Assembly (NCBI GenBank): GCA_963976765.1
Contig: CAXBME010000002.1
Location: 1-64,000, forward strand
Direction: 5' to 3'
Source: an uncultured Planctomycetaceae bacterium
GTDB taxonomy: Bacteria; Planctomycetota; Planctomycetia; Planctomycetales; Planctomycetaceae
Length of the DNA stretch: 64,000 bases
Shown here: piece after piece, positions 30,498 to 40,288 of the stretch
How positions within the stretch are numbered: position 1 is the stretch's first letter
Layout: each line of letters starts with the position of its first letter
Notes under the pieces: generated by a model
Told to the model about the DNA's origin: nothing
The model's database searches: none
The model's input: the letters and a program-made list of their open reading frames with translations, nothing else
Made by a program: the position numbers and the translations under genes

Positions 30498-30929
30498 TCA
30501 GCGGATTCTTCTTTCGCTCCAGTCGACCAGCCCGACGATGAAAATCGCCGCAACAACTCCGGCGCAATCCGCAACGGCGTCCATCATGTCCGGGTAGCGG
30601 TTGATGATGGGGATTCCCTGCGTGATCTCATCGAACGCCGAATACAACGACGTCATCGCCGCGAGAATGATCGTCTGTCGGATCGTCGGCCAGCTGTCGT
30701 AGAGAATCCTGATTCGAGTCGCCAGAACCAGGTACAAACCAAAATAGGCTGAGAAGTGCAGAACTTTGTCAGAAACGTGCTCGCCGATCAGCATCTGGGG
30801 ATTCGGAATGTGCGTCCCGACGAATAAAGCGAGCCAGTAACACACCGCAGCCGGAGTCGCCACGCGTTTCAAAAGCGATGGTTTTTCGCAGTCAGAACTT
30901 GTCGGTACGTGATCAGAGGGGACAGGCAT
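30498..30929 (-). CDS. VanZ-family membrane protein
   Basis: YWLALFVGTHIP, DKVLHFSAY and DEITQ...R...D..AD motifs; start uncertain. Confidence 0.85.
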   Translation of the reverse strand: MPVPSDHVPTSSDCEKPSLLKRVATPAAVCYWLALFVGTHIPNPQMLIGEHVSDKVLHFSAYFGLYLVLATRIRILYDSWPTIRQTIILAAMTSLYSAFDEITQGIPIINRYPDMMDAVADCAGVVAAIFIVGLVDWSERRIR

Positions 30930-31109
30930 ATCTGCTTTATCAGGCGTCAGGAGATTCAGTGGAGACGTGTTTCGCGGAACGGGGTTTGGTGACGTACGGT
31001 ATTCGACTACCGTGGAAGCCTGACACGTGGGGACGCGTCTGCAGGTCAGAATCGGCATCGTACGGATTTCTTCGGCGTGGTCCATGTTCTCGTTGATGCG
31101 GAGCGGTGA

Positions 31110-31991
31110 ATGACTGACATCTACATAGGCATGGCGATTCTTGCTGTGGTCAGTCAGCTCGTCCTGATGGGTACTGTCTGGTCGACGCGAAATATCACGA
31201 AGCGCGAAGCAACGGCGGTTGGAGTTGTCGCCGCCTTACTGATCGTCTGCTACCTGCGATTTATCTGGAAATCGACGGTGCTGGCCGACTATCTGCCTTA
31301 CTCGTCGATCGTTGTGTTGAGCAACTGGTTCCCTCCGGCCGCGGCGTTCCTGGCGGGAATCACCTGGACTCATGGCTACGGGTCAAAACTTCGCCGGATC
31401 CTGTTCGGCGGAGTTCTGTTCGTAACGTCCTGCTGGTCGGTAGTGTCGCCGCTTCTGGGATCGCCACCGGTCTGCGAAAATTTCTGGGACAAACACTTTG
31501 TCTGCCGTCAAACGTCTCGCTACACATGCACGCCGGCTGCCGCCGCGATGCTGCTGACCTGGCACGGAATTCCGGCTCAGGAATCTGAGATGGCGGAACT
31601 TTGTCTGACCCGCAAAGGCACGACGTGGCAGGGACTGTTTCGAGGTTTGACGATCAAAACTCGAGATCAGCCGTACCGCGTGCGCGTTGTTGAGTGCCGC
31701 TGGGACGAACTGACAAAGAAGCTCACGGGCCCGGCCATCCTGTCGGTGGGCATCGATCCGTCGAAACCTTACCCCGAATACTACACCAAATACTGGGGCT
31801 GGATTCCGGGCGTTCGACACTCAGTCATGCTCCGAAACATTCTGCCTGACGGTCAGCTGTCGATCGCTGATCCGGCAGTTGGAGCTGAACTCTGGAAGGA
31901 AAAAGATCTGCAGACGCTGTTCCGAGGCCGTTTCCTGACGCTTGAACCAACGAACGATGTCCTCGCGATTCGAAGTGTCGGCGAGAATTGA
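31110..31991 (+). CDS. membrane-anchored stand-alone C39-like cysteine peptidase
   Basis: About 4 N-terminal TM helices; RQTSRYTCTPAAAAMLL (Q-x5-C), RHSV (His) and IADPA (Asp); no ABC domain. Confidence 0.8.
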   Translation: MTDIYIGMAILAVVSQLVLMGTVWSTRNITKREATAVGVVAALLIVCYLRFIWKSTVLADYLPYSSIVVLSNWFPPAAAFLAGITWTHGYGSKLRRILFGGVLFVTSCWSVVSPLLGSPPVCENFWDKHFVCRQTSRYTCTPAAAAMLLTWHGIPAQESEMAELCLTRKGTTWQGLFRGLTIKTRDQPYRVRVVECRWDELTKKLTGPAILSVGIDPSKPYPEYYTKYWGWIPGVRHSVMLRNILPDGQLSIADPAVGAELWKEKDLQTLFRGRFLTLEPTNDVLAIRSVGEN

Positions 31992-32142
31992 ATGGCCTGC
32001 CTCGCCTTGCTAAGGTTCGCGGGATTTGCGCTGGATTCTCGCGAAACGACCGAACAGCATCGGAAGTGGCTCGTCGTAAAATCCGAAACAGCGGGCGGTG
32101 TCCTGCGCAATCCTCGGTCCTTCACTCGCGAGGTTTTGCAGG

Positions 32143-33150
32143 ATGAATTCAACCGCCGCACCAGCGGACGCAGCGACCAGCTGGACACGTAAGCACTTGC
32201 TGGGGTTACGGGATCTGTCCGCTGCCGAAATCACCATGATTCTCGATCAGGCTGCCGAATTTAAACGGTTGGCTCTGGCCGGCGAAATCAAGCTGAACTC
32301 ACTCAAGGGAACAACGGTCGCTAATCTGTTTTTCGAACCGTCGACCCGAACGAGGACCAGCTTCAGCCTTGCGGCAAAGCGACTGAGTGCCGACACCGTC
32401 GACTTTACGGCAGCGGCCAGCAGCCTGACCAAGGGAGAAACCTTCGTCGATACCGCTCGAAATATCGAAGCGATGGGCGTGGACCTGGTCGTCGTTCGAC
32501 ACTCAACTTCGGGCGCCCCGCAACTTCTGGCTCAGCACCTGGATGCCAGCATCGTCAACGCCGGTGACGGGATGCACGAACATCCGACTCAGGCACTGCT
32601 GGACCTGTTCACAATTCGCGAGCACCGCGGCTCACTCGAAGGGCTGACGGTCACACTGGTCGGCGACATCCTGCACAGTCGCGTCGCACGCTCGAACATC
32701 TGGGGACTGTCGAAACTCGGCGCGCGAGTCATTGTCTGCGGACCTTCGACGCTGATCCCTCCGCACATCGAAGAACTCGGTGAAAACGGCGTCGAAGTTT
32801 CAAACAGCCTGGACCAGGTACTCGCCGAAACTGACTGCATCAACCTGCTGAGAATTCAGTTTGAACGGCAACGCAGTTCATACTTCCCATCGCTTCGCGA
32901 GTACGCTCACTTCTTCGGCATGAACGGCGAACGAATCAGGAAAGCGAAGAAGGACGTGCTGATTCTCGCGCCGGGGCCGATCAATCGCGGAGTCGAATTA
33001 ACCCCTGACGTCGCCGACGGGCCTCACTCAGTGATTCTCGATCAGGTGACGAACGGGCTGCTTGTGAGGATGGCGGTGCTGTACCTCCTTCAAAAACGAC
33101 GTGAGCAGGAAGCCGCCGAACTGACGGCGACCGGAGAGGTGAGCCAGTGA
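32143..33150 (+). CDS. pyrB: aspartate carbamoyltransferase catalytic subunit
   Basis: [47 protein letters not shown] and PGPINRGVE motifs. Confidence 0.97.
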   Translation: MNSTAAPADAATSWTRKHLLGLRDLSAAEITMILDQAAEFKRLALAGEIKLNSLKGTTVANLFFEPSTRTRTSFSLAAKRLSADTVDFTAAASSLTKGETFVDTARNIEAMGVDLVVVRHSTSGAPQLLAQHLDASIVNAGDGMHEHPTQALLDLFTIREHRGSLEGLTVTLVGDILHSRVARSNIWGLSKLGARVIVCGPSTLIPPHIEELGENGVEVSNSLDQVLAETDCINLLRIQFERQRSSYFPSLREYAHFFGMNGERIRKAKKDVLILAPGPINRGVELTPDVADGPHSVILDQVTNGLLVRMAVLYLLQKRREQEAAELTATGEVSQ

Positions 33151-34430
33151 CAACCACTCTGATTCGCGGCGGCAGGATTATCGATCCGAGCCAGAACATC
33201 GATCGCGTCGGCAACCTGCTGATTCGTGAAAATCGGATTGTCGGCATCGACAAGGGAGCTGCCGTCGCGGACCGCGTGATCGACGCAGCGGGAAAAATTG
33301 TCTGCCCCGGCTTGATCGATATCCGAGTCGCGCTGCGGGAACCCGGCAACGAAGAGGACGAAACAACGGCGTCCGGAACAGCCGCCGCGCTGGCCGGAGG
33401 TTTCACCAGCATCGCCTGCGCACCCGACACGCACCCGGCGCTCGACAATCGAGGCGCCGCGGAATTCGTTTTTCTGATGGCGGCCCGCGCGCGTAACTGC
33501 AACGTGTTTCCATTGGGAGCCATCACCAAAGGTAACGCTGGAGCGGAACTGGCTGAAATCGGACAACTCGTTGAAGGCGGTGCCGTCGCGCTATCAGACG
33601 GAAAACGTCCGATCGCCAGTGCGGAGATCATGTGGCGAGCACTCGAGTACGCTCGCATGTTCGACTGTGCCGTCTTCAACACCCCGCAGGTTCCAGAACT
33701 GGTCGCCAGCGGCGTCATGCACGAAGGCTATTATTCGACACTGCTGGGTCTGCCCGGAATTCCGTCCGCCGCCGAGAACATCATGGTCAGCCGCGACATC
33801 GCGCTGGCCGCCCGGACCAACGGAAAACTACATCTGAACTGCGTATCAACATCGGTCAGTGTCGATCTGATTCGCCGCGCCCGCGAGCGCGGCGTGCAGG
33901 TTTCGTGCGACGTGACACCGCATCATCTTACCCTGACCGATGCCGTGCTCCAGTCGTTCGAGTCGTGCTACAAGGTCAACCCGCCACTTCGACCGCAGTC
34001 ACACATTGATGCTCTGGTTGCCGGCCTGAAAGACGGAACGATCGAAATCATCAGCTCCGATCATCAGCCGTGGGCTGCCGAAAAGAAGGACCGCGAGATC
34101 GATCTTGTCCCGTTCGGGATTGTCGGTCTGGAAACTCTGCTTCCAATCTGCATCCAGTCGCTGATCGAGCCGGAGCATCTTACCTGGCCGCAGCTGCTTT
34201 CAAAATTGACGACCGGCCCGGCAAAACTGCTCGGCATCGAAAAAGGCACACTCGCCGACGGAGCTGACGCCGACATCACAATCATTGACCCGGACGTCGA
34301 GTGGACGATCGACCCGACGCAATTCAGATCACGAAGCCGCAACACCCCCTTCGCCGGTCGCCAGGTCAAAGGCAGAGCCGACGCGGTACTCGTCAACGGC
34401 GAAGTCCGTTACCAGGCCGCCACTGTGTGA
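33147..34430 (+). CDS. pyrC: dihydroorotase-like protein, probably inactive PyrC' (ATCase scaffold subunit)
   Basis: PGLID...[25 protein letters not shown] and GIVGLET motifs; metal-binding histidines absent; GTGA overlap with pyrB. Confidence 0.9.
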   Translation: MTTTLIRGGRIIDPSQNIDRVGNLLIRENRIVGIDKGAAVADRVIDAAGKIVCPGLIDIRVALREPGNEEDETTASGTAAALAGGFTSIACAPDTHPALDNRGAAEFVFLMAARARNCNVFPLGAITKGNAGAELAEIGQLVEGGAVALSDGKRPIASAEIMWRALEYARMFDCAVFNTPQVPELVASGVMHEGYYSTLLGLPGIPSAAENIMVSRDIALAARTNGKLHLNCVSTSVSVDLIRRARERGVQVSCDVTPHHLTLTDAVLQSFESCYKVNPPLRPQSHIDALVAGLKDGTIEIISSDHQPWAAEKKDREIDLVPFGIVGLETLLPICIQSLIEPEHLTWPQLLSKLTTGPAKLLGIEKGTLADGADADITIIDPDVEWTIDPTQFRSRSRNTPFAGRQVKGRADAVLVNGEVRYQAATV

Positions 34431-34451
34431 CACCGGTTTCAGGCGTCGATC

Positions 34452-35321
34452 ATGGAGGACAGTTCGTTCGAAAGCAGACTCGGTCTTGTTTCAAACTGCT
34501 GGAAGCGGCAGCTTGATGCCGGCGTCAAGCTGAGCGTGCTGACCGAGCGGGCGGTGCAGGAAGGTTTTCGTTTCGTGGAGCTTCGCCAGGGATGCCTTGG
34601 CGAGTGCGAAGATTCGAAAACGCGACTCCCACATGCGGACATGCTGAAGAAACTCGCGCAGGACTTCCCGGAAATCACCTTCAACCTTGCTGTTGAGTTG
34701 CCGGTTTTTTCAGAGTTCATCAACGTCTCTGCGGGAACGGTCGAAGCGGTGCTGACCGGGGCTCGCGCGCTCTCAGAGAACGATCGCCCTGCTCATCTTC
34801 GAATCGTGGACCTTGTCTCCAGAAATACGCCGGCCCGACGTTCCGCCACAGCCGCACCCGAAGCGGAATTTTCTCTTGAGGACGTGGTCGATTCACTGCT
34901 GAATCTTAAGGCTCAACTTCCGGACGGGATTCTGTCGGTCGAACATTCCTTTCAGCCGTGGGCCGGATTTCGGCAGGTCTTCGAAGCTGCCGATTTACAC
35001 ACCAACTCATCGAGGGACGCTATTCAAGTCTGTTATGACCCGTGCAATCTCTGGCTAACCGACGACGGGCAGGCCGCAAACGGGACCACCAAACGGCTGC
35101 CGGTCGAGTGGCTTTCGATGGTTCACCTGAAGCAACGAACTGGCGGTTCGATCTCGACGCGACTGGAACCGGGTGATGTCGACTGGCCCCGGCAACTGAA
35201 GCTACTGCACAGCGCCGGGTACACCGGCCCGTTTCTGTTTGAGACCGCCCCCTCGAACGACGTCTGGCAGTGCCTGAGCGACAGCCGTAATTACCTTGCG
35301 TCGATCGTCCGCGGGACTTGA
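34452..35321 (+). CDS. sugar phosphate isomerase/epimerase-like (AP endonuclease 2) TIM-barrel protein
   Basis: GFRFVELR, SVEH, CYDPCN, MVHLKQ, GDVDW and GYTGPFLFE motifs. Confidence 0.8.
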   Translation: MEDSSFESRLGLVSNCWKRQLDAGVKLSVLTERAVQEGFRFVELRQGCLGECEDSKTRLPHADMLKKLAQDFPEITFNLAVELPVFSEFINVSAGTVEAVLTGARALSENDRPAHLRIVDLVSRNTPARRSATAAPEAEFSLEDVVDSLLNLKAQLPDGILSVEHSFQPWAGFRQVFEAADLHTNSSRDAIQVCYDPCNLWLTDDGQAANGTTKRLPVEWLSMVHLKQRTGGSISTRLEPGDVDWPRQLKLLHSAGYTGPFLFETAPSNDVWQCLSDSRNYLASIVRGT

Positions 35322-35348
35322 TAGAGGCGAAGGATCGCTTGCCGCCAT

Positions 35349-36449
35349 TTACGTGGCGGTACAGTCTCGCAATAACTGAATTGGCCTGATGATGTCGTTC
35401 AAATCCGCGACGGGAACCAGGCCACCGACGACTCGCCGACAAAAGATGTCGAGCATGATTTCTTCTTCGCAACGGTCGACGGTGAGCGTTTCGCGGATCG
35501 ACTCCGCCGAGTCAGCCTGCCACGAAAGTTCAGTTGTTGAATTCAGCTCTGCACGACCGTTCTCGCAACGCAGTTTGACCTGCGGAATCCAGCGTTGCGA
35601 TGAATCAGTCGCCAGCAGCGTCGGCATCAACAGCGATGAATGCCTGCGACCAGCCATCAGATCCTGAACGAAATCTCGCGCGGTGATTGTCGCGTCGTTG
35701 CCTGCTGAGCGGAGCACCAGTCTGGCCGTTCGATTTGGATTGACGTCTGCCCGCGACTTTTCGGAATCAGATTTGCCGGTCGGAAGTGGTGGATACGACA
35801 AGCGAAATTCGAAAAAACTGTCGGTGGCACTCGTCGAGCTTTCTGAGTCCGGCGTCGGGCAAACCGATGCGGACATCGGAAAGGCTCGAAAGAGTGTGCG
35901 GCAGAAGTCGAGCCAGCCGACGAGCGATTCCAGTGTTGAATCGGCAGCAGATGTTGCGGCCCGCTGTTCTTTAGTTTCGACCGAAGCATTCTGCCCGGCG
36001 AGGTCGACAACGATCTGGTTTGGTTGCCCGATTTCGGTGGCAAAGAGTTCCTGGATCCGGATCGCGACGGGAGAAAACCGTCGCCACATGGCGGGAACAA
36101 TCATGCTGTCGGACTCAGCGTGCCAGGCGGACTGTCGTGTCGGGTCGTCCTTCGCGGAGAACGGCCAGGGAGCGAAGAACACGGGTTTCTGTTGCCGGGC
36201 CAGCAACGGCAAAACCGATGTCCTCGTCCAGGCAGGGTCCATGACCAGGATTGCTTCGACGTTGCCACGATTTGCCAGAGCCGAAATTCCGGCCACAGGG
36301 TCGGCGTCGAGATCCTTCGCGGCCTTTTCGGCGCGAGCGAAGACCGGATCGTAAACTGCTTCGACATGAATCGGTTGCCGCAGTCTCGCAAGGGCTGGGC
36401 GAAAGCGTTCCCATTGAGGGCCGACGCCAACAAGACCGACCTGAATCAT
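35349..36449 (-). CDS. divergent Gfo/Idh/MocA-like oxidoreductase
   Basis: N-terminal VGLVGVG Rossmann motif, AVYD, RRFSP and IGQP; canonical EKP motif missing. Confidence 0.65.
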   Translation of the reverse strand: MIQVGLVGVGPQWERFRPALARLRQPIHVEAVYDPVFARAEKAAKDLDADPVAGISALANRGNVEAILVMDPAWTRTSVLPLLARQQKPVFFAPWPFSAKDDPTRQSAWHAESDSMIVPAMWRRFSPVAIRIQELFATEIGQPNQIVVDLAGQNASVETKEQRAATSAADSTLESLVGWLDFCRTLFRAFPMSASVCPTPDSESSTSATDSFFEFRLSYPPLPTGKSDSEKSRADVNPNRTARLVLRSAGNDATITARDFVQDLMAGRRHSSLLMPTLLATDSSQRWIPQVKLRCENGRAELNSTTELSWQADSAESIRETLTVDRCEEEIMLDIFCRRVVGGLVPVADLNDIIRPIQLLRDCTAT

Positions 36450-36708
36450 GACTCAGAATCCAGGGGGGACGCGATGTGAGATGGAAAGGAAGTGCCTTTG
36501 GAATCGGCACCTGGAAAAACCGGGCAGGTTACCACATCTGACACCACTTTGCCCAGAGCTGGAAATATTGCCGAAAGCTGGCAAAAAGGGGGTTCTGAGG
36601 CTCTGGTAAAACAAGGGCACAATCCAATAACCTCGGCAGATGCGCCCGATTTTTCGGGCGTTCGTTGATTGGACCGGTTGAAGAATTCACGAATGGCAGG
36701 GAGCCGTT

Positions 36709-39700
36709 GTGTCACTGATAAAGGTTATGGAACCCAGGTTCCGAGGCGATATTCGATTTCGCGGTGCGGCGTACGTTCAAAGCGAGCGGGTTGAGATCAC
36801 TCATGTTACCGACGACCGGCTTTACGGCGTTGTTCACGATGGCGACGAGTTTCAAACGCAATTGTCGCGAGACGAGACTCAGCTCATCCCGTTCTGTACC
36901 TGCGCCAAGCCAGGTCAGCAGGAAATTCACTGCAAGCATGTCTGGGCGACGATTCTGATCGCCGAGGACCAGGGCTACATCAACGGGGGAGTTCGGGCCG
37001 GGCATTTTCCGCCGTTCGTCGCTGTCGATGATGACCTCGATCTTGACCTTGATTCGGACCTCTTTGACGACATCTCGATTGGGGAAGCGTACGCACCGAC
37101 TCAGCAGAAAACGCGAGCGACCCGCACGATCGAGAAACCACTGAGTGACTGGGAGCGTCGCCTGAAGTCAATTCGCGATGACCTGGATGAAGGCGAGCTG
37201 GCATCGGCAACGTCCCGGGAACGCGAGATCCTTTATCAACTCGACATCGCAGCCAGTCGCGAGCACGGCCAGATTATCGTCGACGTGGCTCAGCGTCAGC
37301 GACGAGCGAGCGGTCAATGGGGCAAGCTGAAGCCTCTTAAATTAAAACCTGGCAAACTCGACGACGTCGAACGCGCAGAAGATCGCGACATCCTTGCGCT
37401 CATGGGCGGAGGTGTCGTCGATCGGACAAACTGGTTCGGACAGCAGAGTGAATTTCAGACAGCGGTTTACCGATATCGCTTGCCGAATGAACTTGGTGAG
37501 AAGGTTCTGCCGCTTCTTTGTGAGACCGGACGGTTCGTCATTTACGATCCGACGGGGGACGACACCACAAAGAAAGTTACGTGGGACGATGGCCCTGCCT
37601 GGCAGTTGTCGATGGCTGTCGTGCAGGCAATCGACACGATCGTTCTGGAAGACGGCAGCGCTCACCACGATTCCGACAAGCACGCGGACGGAGATCCCGA
37701 TGAGGATGCAGACTTCGGGACCGACGCCGATGTCGACTCAGACGGCGCCGATTCGGGCGACCCGGATGAAGAAGAGGCAAACACTGATTCGGATTCAGAT
37801 GACGAAGACGACGCTTCGAAAGAGCGGCGAACGTACTGGACGCTGGAAGGTCGGCTTTCGCGAGAAGACGAAGAACGCTCCAGTTGCGACGTACGGGACG
37901 TCACACTGATTGTCCCCGGCGGCTTCGTTGTTCGAGGCCGATCCATCGCTCACCTGGAAGATTTCGGAGCGTACGAGTGGATCCGCCTGCTGAGATCCAG
38001 GGACGTGATACGCGTTCCTCAAGGTGAAGAGTCCGACTTTGTGGACCAGTTGCTCGACATGCCGGCCATGCCGAATCTTGAACTTCCCGATCAACTGAAA
38101 CTGGAAGAAATCACCTCTGTGCCGCGACCGAAGCTGGTCGTCGCCGCGCCGCGAGGCCGCTGGAAATATGAGAAGCTGCGAGCAGAACTTCACTTCGACT
38201 ATGACGGTACTGACGTTCGAGGTTCCAGCCGTCGCTCAGTGATTGTTCAGCGGGAACTTGGTCGCGCGCTGGTTCGCAATCGTCACGCCGAACAGGAGCT
38301 GTGGCGAAAGCTCGACGAGTTCGGATTTCGCCGACTTCTTGATCGCCGACGCGGTGCTCACGACGTTGAGATTTCAACGCGTGACCTGGGACCGGCTGTC
38401 CGGAAACTGATTGACGAAAAATGGCAGGTCCAGGCCGATGGTCGCGACGTGCGGCAGGCCGGGCCGATTCAGTTTCGGGTCAACACGTCGACCGACTGGT
38501 TCGAACTTCAGGCCGACGTTGATTTTGCGGGGCTGAACGTTTCCCTTCCCGAGTTGCTGGCGGCGCTGTCCCGCGGCGAAACGACAATCCAGCTGGACGA
38601 CGGATCGATGGGGATCCTTCCCGAAGAGTGGCTCGCTCAATACGGGCTGCTGACCGGACTGGGGACGCCAGACGGCGAAAATCTGCGGTTCTCGAACACG
38701 CAGGCAGGATTGCTGGATGCGCTGCTTTCCGGCCAGGAATCTGTCGACTACGACCAGAAGTTTCTGGACATCCGGGATCGGATGCGGAAATTCGACGTCA
38801 ATGAAGCTGCCGTCGCTCCGCCGAAGTTCGAGGGGGAACTTCGAGGCTACCAGAAAGAAGGCCTTGGCTGGCTTCAGTATCTGCAGGCATTCGGATTTGG
38901 TGGCTGCCTCGCCGACGACATGGGTCTGGGTAAAACAGTCCAGCTTCTGGCGCTCCTGCAGGAACGCAAAGACCAGAAAATGGAGCCTAAGTATCCGTCG
39001 CTGATCATCGTCCCAAAGTCGTTGCTTTTTAACTGGCTGGAAGAAGCTCACCGCTTCACACCGGAACTGGAAGTGCTTGAGTACATCGGCATCGAACGTG
39101 CTCAACTGCGCGACGATTTCCACAAAGCGGACGTGATTCTGACGACGTATGGCACCATGCGGCGGGATATCTACCAGCTAAAGGATATTCCGTTCGACTA
39201 TATCGTGCTTGACGAGGCGCAAACGATTAAGAACTCAGCTTCGCAGGTGGCCAAGGCGTCACGACTGCTTAGTGCCCGTTACCGGGTCGCGCTCAGCGGT
39301 ACGCCGATCGAGAACCATCTCGGTGATTTGTGGTCTATCTTCGAGTTTCTCAATCCTGGAATGCTCGGACGAAGCTCGCTGTTTCGAATCTACGCCGCCG
39401 ATGCCACGAACGACGAATCTCGTGAGCTGCTTCGCAAGGGGCTCGACCCGTTCATTCTGCGGCGTACCAAAGGACAGGTCGCGAACGATCTGCCGGAAAA
39501 ACTCGAACAGACTCTCTACTGCGACATGGGCCGCGAACAGCGGAAGCTTTACGACGAAATGCGGGCTCACTATCGCGAGTCACTCATCGGCCTCGTCAAA
39601 GATCAGGGGCTGGCCAAGTCGCAAATGCACGTCCTGGAAGCGCTGCTCAGATTGCGGCAGGCTGCGTGCCATCCCGGTCTGCTCGACGATAAACGGATCG

Positions 39701-40215
39701 ACGGTCAATCGGCGAAGATGGACGTCCTGCTCTCGCAAATCGAGGAACTGATCGGCGAAGGCCACAAGGCACTGGTCTTCTCGCAGTTCACCAGCCTACT
39801 GGCAATCGTACGAAAGCGGTTCGACGAGAAAGGCATCACTTACGAGTATCTCGATGGTCAGACTCGAAACCGCAAAGAGCACGTCGACCGATTCCAGAAC
39901 GATCCGGAATGTCCAGTCTTCCTGATCAGTCTGAAGGCGGGCGGCCTCGGCCTGAATCTGACTGCTGCCGAGTATGTTTTCCTGCTCGACCCCTGGTGGA
40001 ATCCGGCCGTCGAGGCGCAGGCCATCGACCGGGCACACCGAGTCGGCCAAACCAAGCAGGTCTTCGCTTATCGGCTCATCTGTCGCGGCACGGTCGAAGA
40101 GAAAATCGCCAATCTGCAGCAACAGAAGAAAGAACTCGCCGATGCCATCCTCCAGGAAAACAATTCCGTGATGAAGAAGATGACGGTCGAAGACCTCGAC
40201 ATGCTGCTTTCCTGA
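36709..40215 (+). CDS. SWIM zinc finger SNF2-family helicase-like ATPase
   Basis: CTC-x9-CKH SWIM; LRGYQ, LADDMGLGKT, DEAQ, SGTPIEN, LRRTK, FSQF, GLGLNL, DPWWNP and QAIDRAHRVGQ motifs. Confidence 0.95.
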   Translation: MSLIKVMEPRFRGDIRFRGAAYVQSERVEITHVTDDRLYGVVHDGDEFQTQLSRDETQLIPFCTCAKPGQQEIHCKHVWATILIAEDQGYINGGVRAGHFPPFVAVDDDLDLDLDSDLFDDISIGEAYAPTQQKTRATRTIEKPLSDWERRLKSIRDDLDEGELASATSREREILYQLDIAASREHGQIIVDVAQRQRRASGQWGKLKPLKLKPGKLDDVERAEDRDILALMGGGVVDRTNWFGQQSEFQTAVYRYRLPNELGEKVLPLLCETGRFVIYDPTGDDTTKKVTWDDGPAWQLSMAVVQAIDTIVLEDGSAHHDSDKHADGDPDEDADFGTDADVDSDGADSGDPDEEEANTDSDSDDEDDASKERRTYWTLEGRLSREDEERSSCDVRDVTLIVPGGFVVRGRSIAHLEDFGAYEWIRLLRSRDVIRVPQGEESDFVDQLLDMPAMPNLELPDQLKLEEITSVPRPKLVVAAPRGRWKYEKLRAELHFDYDGTDVRGSSRRSVIVQRELGRALVRNRHAEQELWRKLDEFGFRRLLDRRRGAHDVEISTRDLGPAVRKLIDEKWQVQADGRDVRQAGPIQFRVNTSTDWFELQADVDFAGLNVSLPELLAALSRGETTIQLDDGSMGILPEEWLAQYGLLTGLGTPDGENLRFSNTQAGLLDALLSGQESVDYDQKFLDIRDRMRKFDVNEAAVAPPKFEGELRGYQKEGLGWLQYLQAFGFGGCLADDMGLGKTVQLLALLQERKDQKMEPKYPSLIIVPKSLLFNWLEEAHRFTPELEVLEYIGIERAQLRDDFHKADVILTTYGTMRRDIYQLKDIPFDYIVLDEAQTIKNSASQVAKASRLLSARYRVALSGTPIENHLGDLWSIFEFLNPGMLGRSSLFRIYAADATNDESRELLRKGLDPFILRRTKGQVANDLPEKLEQTLYCDMGREQRKLYDEMRAHYRESLIGLVKDQGLAKSQMHVLEALLRLRQAACHPGLLDDKRIDGQSAKMDVLLSQIEELIGEGHKALVFSQFTSLLAIVRKRFDEKGITYEYLDGQTRNRKEHVDRFQNDPECPVFLISLKAGGLGLNLTAAEYVFLLDPWWNPAVEAQAIDRAHRVGQTKQVFAYRLICRGTVEEKIANLQQQKKELADAILQENNSVMKKMTVEDLDMLLS

Positions 40216-40288
40216 CCGCTCGCCTGCCATCAGGAGCAGATCGGAAAGTCACGGCGGAAGTCGTTAACTCCCCCTTTACAACGAGCCG

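Noticed and set aside
30498..30929. VanZ as a glycopeptide-resistance determinant
   Set aside because: VanZ-like proteins are widespread, and no van ligase or regulator genes are present.
36709..40215. SNF2 ATPase as part of a defence island (DISARM/Zorya-like)
   Set aside because: It has the common stand-alone SWIM-SNF2 architecture, with no methylase, nuclease or other defence genes adjacent.
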